DNA of 64,000 bases. Source: Terriglobia bacterium. Lineage in GTDB: Bacteria; Acidobacteriota; Terriglobia; UBA7540; JAPUME01. The notes below the pieces were generated by a model. It searched no databases. It was not told the DNA's origin and saw only the letters and a program-made list of their open reading frames with translations. Of the stretch, positions 39,145 to 48,517 are shown piece after piece. A program made the translations under genes and the position numbers. Position 1 is the first letter of the stretch; the number at the start of each line of letters is the position of its first letter. The stretch lies in assembly GCA_965222885.1 (NCBI GenBank), contig OZ244973.1, positions 3,141,664 to 3,205,663 of the forward strand, in the 5' to 3' direction.

Positions 39145-41261
39145 TGCGTCTGCACTGGTTCTCCAAGCAGGGATTTTCCATCCATATAGGCGGGCGCGGG
39201 AACGCCAAAAAGCTCCAGGATGGTGGGAGCCAAGTCCATCAACGCGGGACGGTGGGCGGACAGACTGCGGTTGCTGAAAAGAATACCCGGCACCGCCCGT
39301 GGGTCCACGGAGTGATCCCCGCTCCAAGCCTTCACGTTGTCCTCAAAGAGGGTATCATTCACCACGCCGGTCGCGCCCTTCCACGAGATCCGATAACCCA
39401 CGTTGTAGCCGACAATCAGATCAGGAGCATTCTCCGCATAGGGTCCCTGGTATAGCCGCGCCGAATCGAAGACTTTATTGACGGCGACCTTCCCCTTGGC
39501 TTCGTCCCTCAGGCCGTCCAGTTTGCTGATGATTTCCTGCTTGAGTTCCCGAGCCTCGGCCCCCGGCGCAACGATCCCTTGTGCCTCCCGCCCTCGGATG
39601 TTGAGAAATATGCCTGCCAGCCCCATGGCATAGGCCCGGGTGCGTGACCAATCCACCTCGCGCAGCCAATCGCCGCTGGAATCGACGCCCTTCTTGAGTG
39701 CCAGATAGCCGTTGTTCCGGAGCCAGACATTGGGATTCACCCCGCGCTGGAAGCTCTTGAATCCGTGGTCAGAGATAATCAGCAGGACGTCCCGATCACC
39801 CAACCGGCCCATAACGCGCCCCACCAGCTCGTCCATGCGCCGGTACAGGTTCGGAATGGCGTCGCGGAATTCTTCGTTCCGGCTGCCGCGACGCGCCGGA
39901 TGATCCGGCTCCAGAAAACGCCAGAACATGTGCTGAAGGCGATCGGTAATATCGAACACACAGACCAGGGCACCCTCGCGCAGCTTCTCCAAGGCACCGA
40001 AAAACATCCGTTCCCGCTCTTCATGGATGTCATAAGCCTGCTCCAGAAAAGCCCCGTCATCCAGGGCACCTTCATTCAAGGCCCAGGTATCTTCGGCCAG
40101 CCCCAAGGTGGCGTAAGGGCCGATCAACTTGGCCAGATAGGTGGCGTAGTAGCCGGGATGCGAAATCGGCATGGCCGGACTTTCCGGGTCGATGTGGATC
40201 GGCGAAACGTAAAGACGAAAGGGAGTCTGCTTTCCGTTGTTCACTTCCCGCAAGTAAAAACGCGCCAGACCTCGGACCTTCAGCCCCAGACCCGTCGGGA
40301 AGCTCAGGCGAATCCAGTCGCTGAATTCACGCGACCGCAAAGTGAAGGCCGCCCCTCCGACCGTTAGCCGAGCCAAGCCCTTTGCCGGGTCCAGCGCAAC
40401 GCTAAGCGGCAAACGCATTTCTGGATTGCCTTCCCGAAGAGGATTCGCCGGCCCCACCAAGTGGGACTCCACCCGGTTGTCCCGCAGCTCGACCCTGACC
40501 CGAATGCCTCCCTCCTCGATGGGTTCCGCCTTGGCCTCGGTAGTGTAGAGGGTGAATGTCCCCTGGGTGCCGCGCAGGTCCGGTACGCACATGGCACTGA
40601 GCTGTGCTCCATAGAATGGCTCCGGAGGAAACGTAATGGGAACCCGCAGAATGGTGCTCCACAGTCCGTATTCTCCCAGTACGGTCCAGAAGGGCTTGCT
40701 CTTCCGAAGCAGCCGAAGCTCGGGCTTGGAAATCGGAATCTGAAATCTGCCCAGCTTCCAGACCCGGGGCGAGCCGATCACGGCAGAAGAGAGAACCGGC
40801 AGATAGGTACGAAGGTCGCGGTCCAGAAAGTCGAAAATATTATGCCGGCCGGGCTGAGATCCAGTGGCAAACGAAGACCACGCGACCGGGGACACGGCCG
40901 GGAAAGTGGTCTCCAGTCGAGAGTAGCATCCCTGCTCTCGCAGCCGCTGAAGATTCGGCAACCAACCTCGCTGCAAGTAGTCTTCCGTCAGATCAGGTTC
41001 CATGCCGTCCAGACCCACCACAATCACCCGATCGACGTCGGAGGGCCTTCGGGAACGCCGCTTCATCCTCTGGATGAAAGAACGTACGGGCCAAGTAAGA
41101 ATCGACAAGAAAGCCACCCAGATGGTGACGAATAGGACGAGAAAGGACGTCAGGAAGGCAAACCCGGCCCCCGGGCCAACGTAGGCCTGCCCGACAGTCG
41201 GCAAGGTAAAAACCGCTACCATCACGAGCCGTAAATGCCGGACTGAAAATACTTGCCTCAT
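39141..41261 (-). CDS. Alkaline-phosphatase-superfamily protein (same family), N-terminal membrane anchor
   Basis: 'AYVGPGAGFAFLTSFLVLFVTIWVAFLSIL' is the anchor. Motifs 'VIVVGLDGMEPD', 'FPAVSPVAWSSFATGSQPGRHNIFDF', 'IISDHGF' and 'WSGDHSV' are present. It is colinear with 37165-39144 over its whole length. Confidence 0.8.
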   Translation of the reverse strand: MRQVFSVRHLRLVMVAVFTLPTVGQAYVGPGAGFAFLTSFLVLFVTIWVAFLSILTWPVRSFIQRMKRRSRRPSDVDRVIVVGLDGMEPDLTEDYLQRGWLPNLQRLREQGCYSRLETTFPAVSPVAWSSFATGSQPGRHNIFDFLDRDLRTYLPVLSSAVIGSPRVWKLGRFQIPISKPELRLLRKSKPFWTVLGEYGLWSTILRVPITFPPEPFYGAQLSAMCVPDLRGTQGTFTLYTTEAKAEPIEEGGIRVRVELRDNRVESHLVGPANPLREGNPEMRLPLSVALDPAKGLARLTVGGAAFTLRSREFSDWIRLSFPTGLGLKVRGLARFYLREVNNGKQTPFRLYVSPIHIDPESPAMPISHPGYYATYLAKLIGPYATLGLAEDTWALNEGALDDGAFLEQAYDIHEERERMFFGALEKLREGALVCVFDITDRLQHMFWRFLEPDHPARRGSRNEEFRDAIPNLYRRMDELVGRVMGRLGDRDVLLIISDHGFKSFQRGVNPNVWLRNNGYLALKKGVDSSGDWLREVDWSRTRAYAMGLAGIFLNIRGREAQGIVAPGAEARELKQEIISKLDGLRDEAKGKVAVNKVFDSARLYQGPYAENAPDLIVGYNVGYRISWKGATGVVNDTLFEDNVKAWSGDHSVDPRAVPGILFSNRSLSAHRPALMDLAPTILELFGVPAPAYMDGKSLLGEPVQTQ

Positions 41262-41406
41262 ACTCTGCGCTCCGTCAGCGTTCCCATAGGCGATGGTAAC
41301 AGGAATTTACCGACCCTCGGTCGGCTCCAGGCTTCTTCTCCGACGAACCGCTTCGTTCGGGGACCCCCCGGGGACCGCATTCCATTCCACACCGCAGGAT
41401 GGTCGA

Positions 41407-43005
41407 TTACTCACTCCAATTTTTGAATCTTTCCCGCAGCTCCCTTTTCTTGAATTTCCCGGCAGAAGTTCGTGGAATTGCATCGACAAAGACGAATCCA
41501 TCCGGAATTTGCCACTTGGCAAAGTTCGAGGAGAGGAAAGCGCGGAACTCCTCTGCGTTGGGGCGGGCATCTCCGTTGGGAACCACGACAGCCAAGGGTC
41601 GTTCCTGCCACTGCGGGTGAGGAACCGCCACCACGGCCGCCTCCCGGACCGCCGGATGCGCCATCAGGGCATTCTCCAGCTCCACGGAACTGATCCATTC
41701 CCCTCCCGACCGGATCAGGTCCTGAGTCCGATCCACGATCTTGATGTAGCCTTCCGGGTCGATGGTCACTAGATCGCCGGTGGAAAACCATCCATCGCCG
41801 CTCCACCGTTCACGGCTTTCGGGCAGGTTAAAATAGCTTTCGGCGACCCACGGCCCGCGTGCCTGAAGTTCCCCAATCGTCTTGCCGTCCCATGGCGCCT
41901 CGCTCCCTTCACCCATAGCTCGCAATTCGAGCAACGGACCCGGTAATCCTTGCTTCGCAAGCACCGCGTATCTGTCCTGTTCACTCCAGGCTTTCATGTG
42001 CGGCTTGAGTCGGCTTACGGTCGAAAGCGGCGCGATTTCCGTCATTCCCCATCCGTGAATCACCTGGATGCCTTGCCGGTGAAATCCGCGGATCATGGCC
42101 TCCGGCGGTGCCGCGCCCGCCACGGCCAAGCGAAATCCCTCTGCGAGCTTCCAGCGGCCCGGGTTCTTCTCCAGCGCTTCCAGAACTTGAAACCAGACCG
42201 TGGGAACCCCACAGGAGAGAGTAACCCGTTCGGCTTCGAATCGATCCAGCATATCTTCCGGACGTAAATTGGAACCGACGAAGACCTGTTTTGCTCCTAC
42301 CATCGTAGCTGCAAAGGGGACTCCCCAGGCGGCAGCATGAAACAGCGGCACAACCGAGAGCACAACATCTTCTTGCCGGATGGCCAGCGAATCCGCCAGA
42401 CCCAGCGCCAGCGCCCCCAGGACGAAGGAACGATGAGAGTACATCACCCCTTTGGGCCCTCCGGTCGTTCCCGAGGTGTAACACATTCCTGCCGGCTCGC
42501 TCTCCCTCAAGTCCGGATAAGTGAAATCTCCTCGAGCTCTCCCTAACAGCGCCTCATAATCTTCGTATCCTTCCGCTCCCGTCTTTCCTCGCGAGGAAAC
42601 CACGATGACCCGATCCAGCTTGATTTGGTCCCGGAACTGTTCGTAGAGCGGCAGAAGAGCGTCATCCACAATCAGGAAGCGATCCCCAGCGTGGTTCACA
42701 ATGTAGGCCAGTTCGGTAGGGTGAAGTCTCAGATTCAGCGTGTGCAACACTCCACCCGCCACCGGAATGCCGAAATAGGCCTCCAGATGGACGTAGTGGT
42801 TCCACATCAGTGTCCCTACCCGATCCCCGCGCTTGAGTCCGGCTTTTTGCAGCGCCTCCGCCAGCGCTCGAACCCGCCGGGTGAAATCCGTGTAGGTGTA
42901 GCGGTGAAGCGTGGCATCCGGCAGGCGCGAAACAATCTCGACTTTGCCGAATAACTTTGCCGCCCGCTCCAGGATCCCAACCAGGGTAAGCGGATAGTCC
43001 ATCAT
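41407..43005 (-). CDS. AMP-dependent synthetase/ligase (medium/long-chain fatty acid-CoA ligase-like)
   Basis: 'MCYTSGTTGGPKGVMYSH', 'HGWGMTE', 'WFSTGDLVTIDPEGYIKIVDRTQDLIRSGGEWISS' and 'PRTSAGKFKKRELR'. The start is taken at 'MMDYPLTL' (43005). The upstream ORF extension to 43260 would overlap gmhA and is rejected. Confidence 0.85.
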   Translation of the reverse strand: MMDYPLTLVGILERAAKLFGKVEIVSRLPDATLHRYTYTDFTRRVRALAEALQKAGLKRGDRVGTLMWNHYVHLEAYFGIPVAGGVLHTLNLRLHPTELAYIVNHAGDRFLIVDDALLPLYEQFRDQIKLDRVIVVSSRGKTGAEGYEDYEALLGRARGDFTYPDLRESEPAGMCYTSGTTGGPKGVMYSHRSFVLGALALGLADSLAIRQEDVVLSVVPLFHAAAWGVPFAATMVGAKQVFVGSNLRPEDMLDRFEAERVTLSCGVPTVWFQVLEALEKNPGRWKLAEGFRLAVAGAAPPEAMIRGFHRQGIQVIHGWGMTEIAPLSTVSRLKPHMKAWSEQDRYAVLAKQGLPGPLLELRAMGEGSEAPWDGKTIGELQARGPWVAESYFNLPESRERWSGDGWFSTGDLVTIDPEGYIKIVDRTQDLIRSGGEWISSVELENALMAHPAVREAAVVAVPHPQWQERPLAVVVPNGDARPNAEEFRAFLSSNFAKWQIPDGFVFVDAIPRTSAGKFKKRELRERFKNWSE

Positions 43006-43235
43006 GCTCCCGATTATAACCGGCCCGGTTCGAATGTAGTCGAATCTTTCCCTTGGGCACATCCGGCGGAAACCAGAACACACCCCGCCAAGAGTACCCA
43101 GGCACCGGAGAGCCACGTTGACCGTGCCTGGGGATTCTGTTAGCTTGATGAAGCTTTGAGGGCCGAAAAGGGAACCCATCAAAGCCGGGTCTTGATCTTT
43201 CCCAAGATCAGCGGTGATTTCCGAAAGGGAGAAGA

Positions 43236-43868
43236 ATGGGCATTTCCAGAGAAAAGGCAATCGAGCTGATCCGCCAACAGGTGGGAGAGAGTTGCGAGGT
43301 CAAGCGAAGTTTCTCTCCGGAGCTGATTGAGGCCGTCTGGACACTCGCTTCACGAACCGCCGCAGCCTACCGAAGCGAGCGTAAAGTTCTGCTGATGGGA
43401 AACGGCGGCAGCGCCGCGGACGCGCAGCATATTGCAGCGGAATTGGTGGGCCGGTTTCGTCGCTCGCGAAAAGCCTTACCCGCCCTGGCCCTGACAACGA
43501 ACAGTTCCATCCTGACCGCGGTTTCCAACGATTCCCATTTCGAAAATGCCTTCACCCGCCAACTGGAGGCATTCGCCAAGGCCGGCGACGTGGTTGTGGC
43601 CATCAGCACCAGCGGGCGTTCGGTGAACGTTGTCCGAGGAATCGAGCTGGCTCGCGACCTGGGATGCTATACCGCGGCTCTGACGGGACGTACGGGAGGC
43701 GACCTGCCGGGTCGAGTGGACCTTTTGCTGGCGGCACCCTCCGACGACACTCCGCGCATTCAGGAAGCCCACAGCTTGCTGGGCCACCTATACTGCGACC
43801 TGGTGGAACGGCTTCTTTTCGGCGAACCGGCCCGACCCGGGTCCGGCCATCCGGGCGGGAATGAATGA
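43236..43868 (+). CDS. gmhA: Phosphoheptose isomerase (SIS domain, GmhA)
   Basis: 'LLMGNGGSAADAQHIAAELVGRF', 'ALTTNSSILTAVSNDSHFENAF', 'VVAISTSGRSVNV' and 'RIQEAHSLLGH'. Confidence 0.85.
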   Translation: MGISREKAIELIRQQVGESCEVKRSFSPELIEAVWTLASRTAAAYRSERKVLLMGNGGSAADAQHIAAELVGRFRRSRKALPALALTTNSSILTAVSNDSHFENAFTRQLEAFAKAGDVVVAISTSGRSVNVVRGIELARDLGCYTAALTGRTGGDLPGRVDLLLAAPSDDTPRIQEAHSLLGHLYCDLVERLLFGEPARPGSGHPGGNE

Positions 43869-43927
43869 GGACCTGGACTATATTGGACTACCTATGAGGA
43901 ACAATCTTAGAATTTTCCCCGCGTGGC

Positions 43928-45292
43928 ATGGATGAAGGGAGTTCGATGGAATCCTCCAACCCCGGCCAAAACCATGCACTGAGCGTCTTTGGGTTGGGGT
44001 ATGTGGGTACGGTGTGCGCTGCGTGTTTGGCTGAAAAAGGCAATCCTGTGGTGGGAGTGGACATCAACCCGGCCAAAGTGGAGCTATTGGGGTCGGGCCG
44101 TAGCCCCATCGTTGAGAAGGATATTGAAAAGTTCGTTGCCGGCAATCACCGTGCCTGCCGACTCCGCGCCACCACGGACGCCGTCGAGGCCGTCCAACAG
44201 TCGGCAATTTCTTTCGTCTGTGTGGGCACGCCCGGCTTGAGCACCGGTGAGATCGATCTGAACAGCATTCGAGGTGTCTGCCGGGAACTGGGCCGGGCTA
44301 TCCGCCAAAAGAGCTCCTTTCATCAGGTGGTGCTGCGAAGCACGCTTCTGCCAGGCACTACCGAATCCATAGTGATTCCGACCTTGGAAGACGAGAGTGG
44401 CAAGCGTGCCGGCAAGGACTTCGCGGTTTGTGTCAATCCGGAATTCATGCGTGAAGGGAGCGCCGTGGCCGATTTCTTTCACCCGCCGTTCACGGTGCTG
44501 GGCGCGGCCGATCCGAGCCACATCGGCCTCTTGCGAGAGCTCTATCACTGGGTGCCCGGACGCATCTTTGAGACCAGTCTGAACGTGGCCGAAATGGTGA
44601 AGTATGCCTGCAATGCCTTTCACGGCTTCAAGGTAGCGTTTGGGAACGAACTGGGAAGTCTTTGCAAAAATCTTTCCGTGGATACCGAAAAGGTAATGGA
44701 GATTTTCACCTCCGACACCAACCTGAATATCTCCCCCGCGTATCTCAAGCCGGGGTTCGCCTTCGGCGGGTCTTGCCTCTCCAAGGACCTCCGGGCACTC
44801 CTCCATCGCGGGCGGGAGCTTGAACTCCGGCTGCCGTTGCTCGAGTCGGCCTTGCCCAGTAATGCGGAGCATCTCGAAAGAGCCGTTCAGACGATTTTGC
44901 GTACTCGAAAGAAAAAAGTGGGGCTGGTGGGCCTGAGCTTTAAGGCCAGGACCGACGACCTGCGCGAAAGCCCTCTGGTCCAACTGGTGCGACGGCTTCT
45001 CGATGAAAGTCGTGAGGTCCGGATCTGGGACGAATGTGTTTCGACCCACACGCTGATCGGAACCAACCGGCAATTTTTCGAGAAAACTCTTCCTGAATTG
45101 CCCTCCCTTCTTTGCGCCAGTCTCGACGAAGTGGTCCAAAAGGCCGAGGTTCTGGTGGTGGGGACGAGCGCCGTCGCGAAAGAGAATTTGACTTCACGCC
45201 TGCGGTCCGGGCAGATCATTGTCGATCTGGTCCATCTGGAGAAGGCCGGTCGCCCCGACGCGGTGGGGAGCTATATAGGCATCTGCTGGTAA
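43928..45292 (+). CDS. Nucleotide-sugar 6-dehydrogenase (GDP-mannose dehydrogenase-like branch of the UDPG/MGDP dehydrogenase family)
   Basis: 'LSVFGLGYVGTVCAACLAEKGNPVVGVDINPAKVELLGSGRSPIVE' resembles the AlgD-type N-terminus. The catalytic Cys is in 'AFGGSCLSKDLRAL'. C-terminal 'GLSFKARTDDLRESP'. The start could be 43946. Confidence 0.85.
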   Translation: MDEGSSMESSNPGQNHALSVFGLGYVGTVCAACLAEKGNPVVGVDINPAKVELLGSGRSPIVEKDIEKFVAGNHRACRLRATTDAVEAVQQSAISFVCVGTPGLSTGEIDLNSIRGVCRELGRAIRQKSSFHQVVLRSTLLPGTTESIVIPTLEDESGKRAGKDFAVCVNPEFMREGSAVADFFHPPFTVLGAADPSHIGLLRELYHWVPGRIFETSLNVAEMVKYACNAFHGFKVAFGNELGSLCKNLSVDTEKVMEIFTSDTNLNISPAYLKPGFAFGGSCLSKDLRALLHRGRELELRLPLLESALPSNAEHLERAVQTILRTRKKKVGLVGLSFKARTDDLRESPLVQLVRRLLDESREVRIWDECVSTHTLIGTNRQFFEKTLPELPSLLCASLDEVVQKAEVLVVGTSAVAKENLTSRLRSGQIIVDLVHLEKAGRPDAVGSYIGICW

Positions 45293-45325
45293 AACCGATG
45301 CCGAGAAATTCAAAAGAGGACATGT

Positions 45326-46282
45326 ATGACGGATTCCTACCCGGCCTTGGTAACAGGTGGAGCCGGATTTATCGGGTCCAATTTGGTAAGGGAACTCCTG
45401 CGCCGAGGCTGGCAAGTCCGAATTTTAGATAATTATCTGACGGGAAAACAGGAACGTCTGCAGGAGATTCCTTCCGGTCAATTCGAGCTTCTGGAAGGCG
45501 ACATCCGGAATTTCGAGGACTGTGAACGAGCCTGCCGGGGAAGGCAGATTGTATTTCATCAGGCGGCGTTGCGATCCGTTCCCCGATCGGTTGACGATCC
45601 CCGGACGACCCATGACATCAACATTACGGGAACGCTCAATATGCTGCAAGCGGCTTTCCAGGCCGGTGTGCGCCGCTTTGTTTATGCCTCTTCGTCTTCG
45701 GTCTATGGGGACACCGATCTTATGCCTCAGGAGGAGAATCAGCTTCCCGATCCGGTTTCGCCCTACGCGGTATCGAAGCTCGCCGGCGAGCACTACTGTC
45801 GTAGCTTTACGAAAAATGTGGGGCTGGAAACAGTCAGTCTTCGCTACTTCAATGTTTACGGTCCCCGCCAGGACCCGGAGTCGAAATATTCCGCTCTCCT
45901 TCCCGCTTTTCTCTCCCAGGCGGGGCGCGGCGAACCCTTTGAAGTGCACTGGGACGGCTTGCAAGCGAGGGATTTTACCTTTGTCGAGGACGTGATTCAG
46001 GCCAACCTGAAGGCAGCGTTGGTCCCGAACGTAGCAGGAGAGGTTTTCAATGTCGCCGGAGGAAAGAGCATCACCGTGTTGGATGTGGCTGAGGCCATCG
46101 TGAAGGTCCTCGGAAAAGACCCGGGAAGGCGATACACGGATCGCCGGCAGGGAGATGTCCGTACCACCTGGGCCAGCATCAGCCAGGCCCAGAAGCTGCT
46201 CGATTATCGACCTTCGGTGGAATTCGAGGAAGGGTTGCGCCGTACCGTGGAATACTTTCGGTGCATCGGCTTAGTCAGTTGA
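45326..46282 (+). CDS. NAD-dependent nucleotide-sugar 4-epimerase (extended SDR; WbpP/TviC-like)
   Basis: 'LVTGGAGFIGSNLVRELL', 'HQAALRSVPRS', 'YAVSKLAGEHY' (YxxxK) and 'LRYFNVYGPRQDP'. Confidence 0.85.
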   Translation: MTDSYPALVTGGAGFIGSNLVRELLRRGWQVRILDNYLTGKQERLQEIPSGQFELLEGDIRNFEDCERACRGRQIVFHQAALRSVPRSVDDPRTTHDINITGTLNMLQAAFQAGVRRFVYASSSSVYGDTDLMPQEENQLPDPVSPYAVSKLAGEHYCRSFTKNVGLETVSLRYFNVYGPRQDPESKYSALLPAFLSQAGRGEPFEVHWDGLQARDFTFVEDVIQANLKAALVPNVAGEVFNVAGGKSITVLDVAEAIVKVLGKDPGRRYTDRRQGDVRTTWASISQAQKLLDYRPSVEFEEGLRRTVEYFRCIGLVS

Positions 46283-46397
46283 GCTTGCTTTCTGTGCCGG
46301 CACCTGCTCGTTGTTCGGAACGGCAACGGGTAGCAAAAAACGAAATCGGACGACCGCAGATGCGTGACCAACCGTACTCTACGCCGATGAGGAAACC

Positions 46398-47756
46398 ATG
46401 AACATCGCTGTTATGGGAGCAGGGCGAGTGGGGCTGGTAGTGGCGGCGGGCCTCGCGGACTTCGGTCTCAACGTTTTTGCCGTGGACTCCGACCCGTCCA
46501 AAATAGATCGCCTGCAAAACGGTGAGTTGCCCTTTTATGAGCCCGGCCTTCGTGAACTGGTAGAAAAGAATCGGTCTGCGTCGCGATTACACTTCACGGT
46601 GGATCCAGCCGCTGCGATCCATAAATCCTTGGTCTTGTATATTGCCGTCGGCACCGAAGAGATGACTTCCGGAAAGCCGAATCTAGGTCCTCTGTTTGAG
46701 GTTTCCCGGGCCGTGGGAAAGCTGGCCAAAGAATATAAGGTGATAGCCATTAAGAGTACCGTCCCGATAGGGACCGCCGCGCGCGTTATCGCCGAACTGC
46801 GCAAGACCACCCAGATTCCTTGCGATGTCGTCTCGAACCCGGAGTTTCTCCGTGAAGGGTCCGCCATCGAGAATTTTCTGCGGCCCGAGAGGGTTATCCT
46901 GGGCGGAGACTCTCAACGGGCCCTTGCCATCATGCGCGACATATACCGCCCTCTCTATCTGGTGGATACCCCGATCCTTGCCACCGATCACGCCACCGCG
47001 GAGCTGATCAAATATGCCACCAATGCCTTCCTCGCCACGAAAATAACCTTCATCAATGAGATGGCAAACCTTTGCGACGTTATCGGCGCAGACGTTCACA
47101 TGATCTCCAAGGGCCTTGGCCTTGACCGGAGAATCGGGCCTAAGTTCCTGCATCCGGGTCCCGGATACGGGGGCTCCTGCTTGCCCAAGGATACGCGGAC
47201 TCTTTTGGATATGGCCCAAGAACGCGGACTCAAAATGAACGTAGTGGAAGCAGCCATCCAGGCCAACGACGCCATAAGCAGCTACCTGGTGGGCCGCCTT
47301 AAGCAGATGCTCGGCAATCTGCAAGGGAAAACAATCGGTGTTTTGGGACTTTCCTATAAACCCTTTACGGACGACATTCGGGAGTCTCCCGCCATCAAGT
47401 TCGTCCAGGCCCTGATCGCGGAAGGCGCACAGGTCCAGGCCCACGACCCGATGGCCACGGACGAAGCCGTGAAGGTTCTCGGCAAAAATTCCGCCCGGTT
47501 TTGCCCCAATCCATTCGCCGCGGCCACCGATGCCCATGCGGTCGCCGTTCTTACGGAGTGGAACGAATTCCGCAATTTGGATTTAGCCGAAGTGCGCCGC
47601 GTCATGAAAGGAGCCATCCTCCTCGATACACGGAACATCTACGAACCTAGGGCCGCAGTAGCGCAGGGATTTCGTTACGTAGGGCGCGGACGGGGCTCGA
47701 CTTCGAGTCGTGCTTTGGGAGCGTCCAGTATCCCTGAGGAACCGGCTGCATGGTGA
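46398..47756 (+). CDS. ugd: UDP-glucose 6-dehydrogenase
   Basis: 'MNIAVMGAGRVGLVVAAGLADFG', 'NPEFLREGSAI', 'GYGGSCLPKDTRTL' and 'GLSYKPFTDDIRESPA'. The 3' tail overlaps the convergent thiD by 82 nt. Confidence 0.9.
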   Translation: MNIAVMGAGRVGLVVAAGLADFGLNVFAVDSDPSKIDRLQNGELPFYEPGLRELVEKNRSASRLHFTVDPAAAIHKSLVLYIAVGTEEMTSGKPNLGPLFEVSRAVGKLAKEYKVIAIKSTVPIGTAARVIAELRKTTQIPCDVVSNPEFLREGSAIENFLRPERVILGGDSQRALAIMRDIYRPLYLVDTPILATDHATAELIKYATNAFLATKITFINEMANLCDVIGADVHMISKGLGLDRRIGPKFLHPGPGYGGSCLPKDTRTLLDMAQERGLKMNVVEAAIQANDAISSYLVGRLKQMLGNLQGKTIGVLGLSYKPFTDDIRESPAIKFVQALIAEGAQVQAHDPMATDEAVKVLGKNSARFCPNPFAAATDAHAVAVLTEWNEFRNLDLAEVRRVMKGAILLDTRNIYEPRAAVAQGFRYVGRGRGSTSSRALGASSIPEEPAAW

Positions 47757-48517
47757 TTGACCGGTCCGCAACCCTTGCCCAAGCCGGGGTTGGTGACAAT
47801 GGCCGCTGTAATGAATCGCTTGGCCACGTGCACCGCTTCTGCAAGTTCCTGGCCTTTTGCCAAGCCTGCCGTGATGGCCGCCGAGTAGGTGCAGCCGGTG
47901 CCGTGAGTGTTTTTTGTCGGTTCACGCCGGGCGACCAACCTCTGGAATTCACCTCGGTAATAGAGTAGATCCACCGCATCCCGGTCCAGGTGACCTCCCT
48001 TCACCAGGACTGCTTTCGGGCCTGTCGCGGAAATTCGCCGCGCCGCCGCTGCCATCGACTTCTCATCTTGAACCGGGAAGCCCGCCAGTTCGGCCGCCTC
48101 GTAAAGATTCGGGGTGATTAAAAAGGTCTCCGGCAGAAGAGAGGACAGGAGCGCCTCACGGGCATCGTCGACGATCAACGGTGCCCCGTGTTTGCTGATC
48201 ATTACCGGATCAACCACCAGTGGGAAGGACCAGCTTCGGGCGCATCCGGCAACGACCCGGATAATTTCCGCGGTACCCAAGGCACCCGTCTTCGCGGCCT
48301 GGGGAAGAATGTCCTCGATGACAGCCTCCAGTTGCTCGCCTACCAGACTCGCAGGCATGGGCTCGACGGTACTCACGCGCCGGGTGTTCTGCACCGTGAC
48401 GAGCGTCACCGCACTCATGCCATAAACACCGAATTGATGAAAGGTTTTCAGGTCCGCCTGAAGTCCGGCGCCCCCGGAAGGATCCGAGCCGGCGATGGTA
48501 AGCGCTACGGGGATCAT
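47675..48517 (-). CDS. thiD: Hydroxymethylpyrimidine/phosphomethylpyrimidine kinase
   Basis: 'ALTIAGSDPSGGAGLQADLKTF', 'KTGALG' and 'HGTGCTYSAAITAGLA'. The ATG overlaps the tenA stop (ATGA at 48514-48517). Confidence 0.9.
   Translation of the reverse strand: MIPVALTIAGSDPSGGAGLQADLKTFHQFGVYGMSAVTLVTVQNTRRVSTVEPMPASLVGEQLEAVIEDILPQAAKTGALGTAEIIRVVAGCARSWSFPLVVDPVMISKHGAPLIVDDAREALLSSLLPETFLITPNLYEAAELAGFPVQDEKSMAAAARRISATGPKAVLVKGGHLDRDAVDLLYYRGEFQRLVARREPTKNTHGTGCTYSAAITAGLAKGQELAEAVHVAKRFITAAIVTNPGLGKGCGPVNHHAAGSSGILDAPKARLEVEPRPRPT

Noticed and set aside
44084-45139. Long antisense ORFs inside well-supported genes (44084-45139, 46683-47537, 52127-53098, 58934-60016, 62926-63555, 4350-5138, 10269-10952, 39765-40367).
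   Set aside because: They are shadow ORFs typical of GC-rich DNA. They have Arg/Gly/Pro-rich, low-complexity translations with no recognisable motifs, and each lies opposite a gene with strong family signatures.
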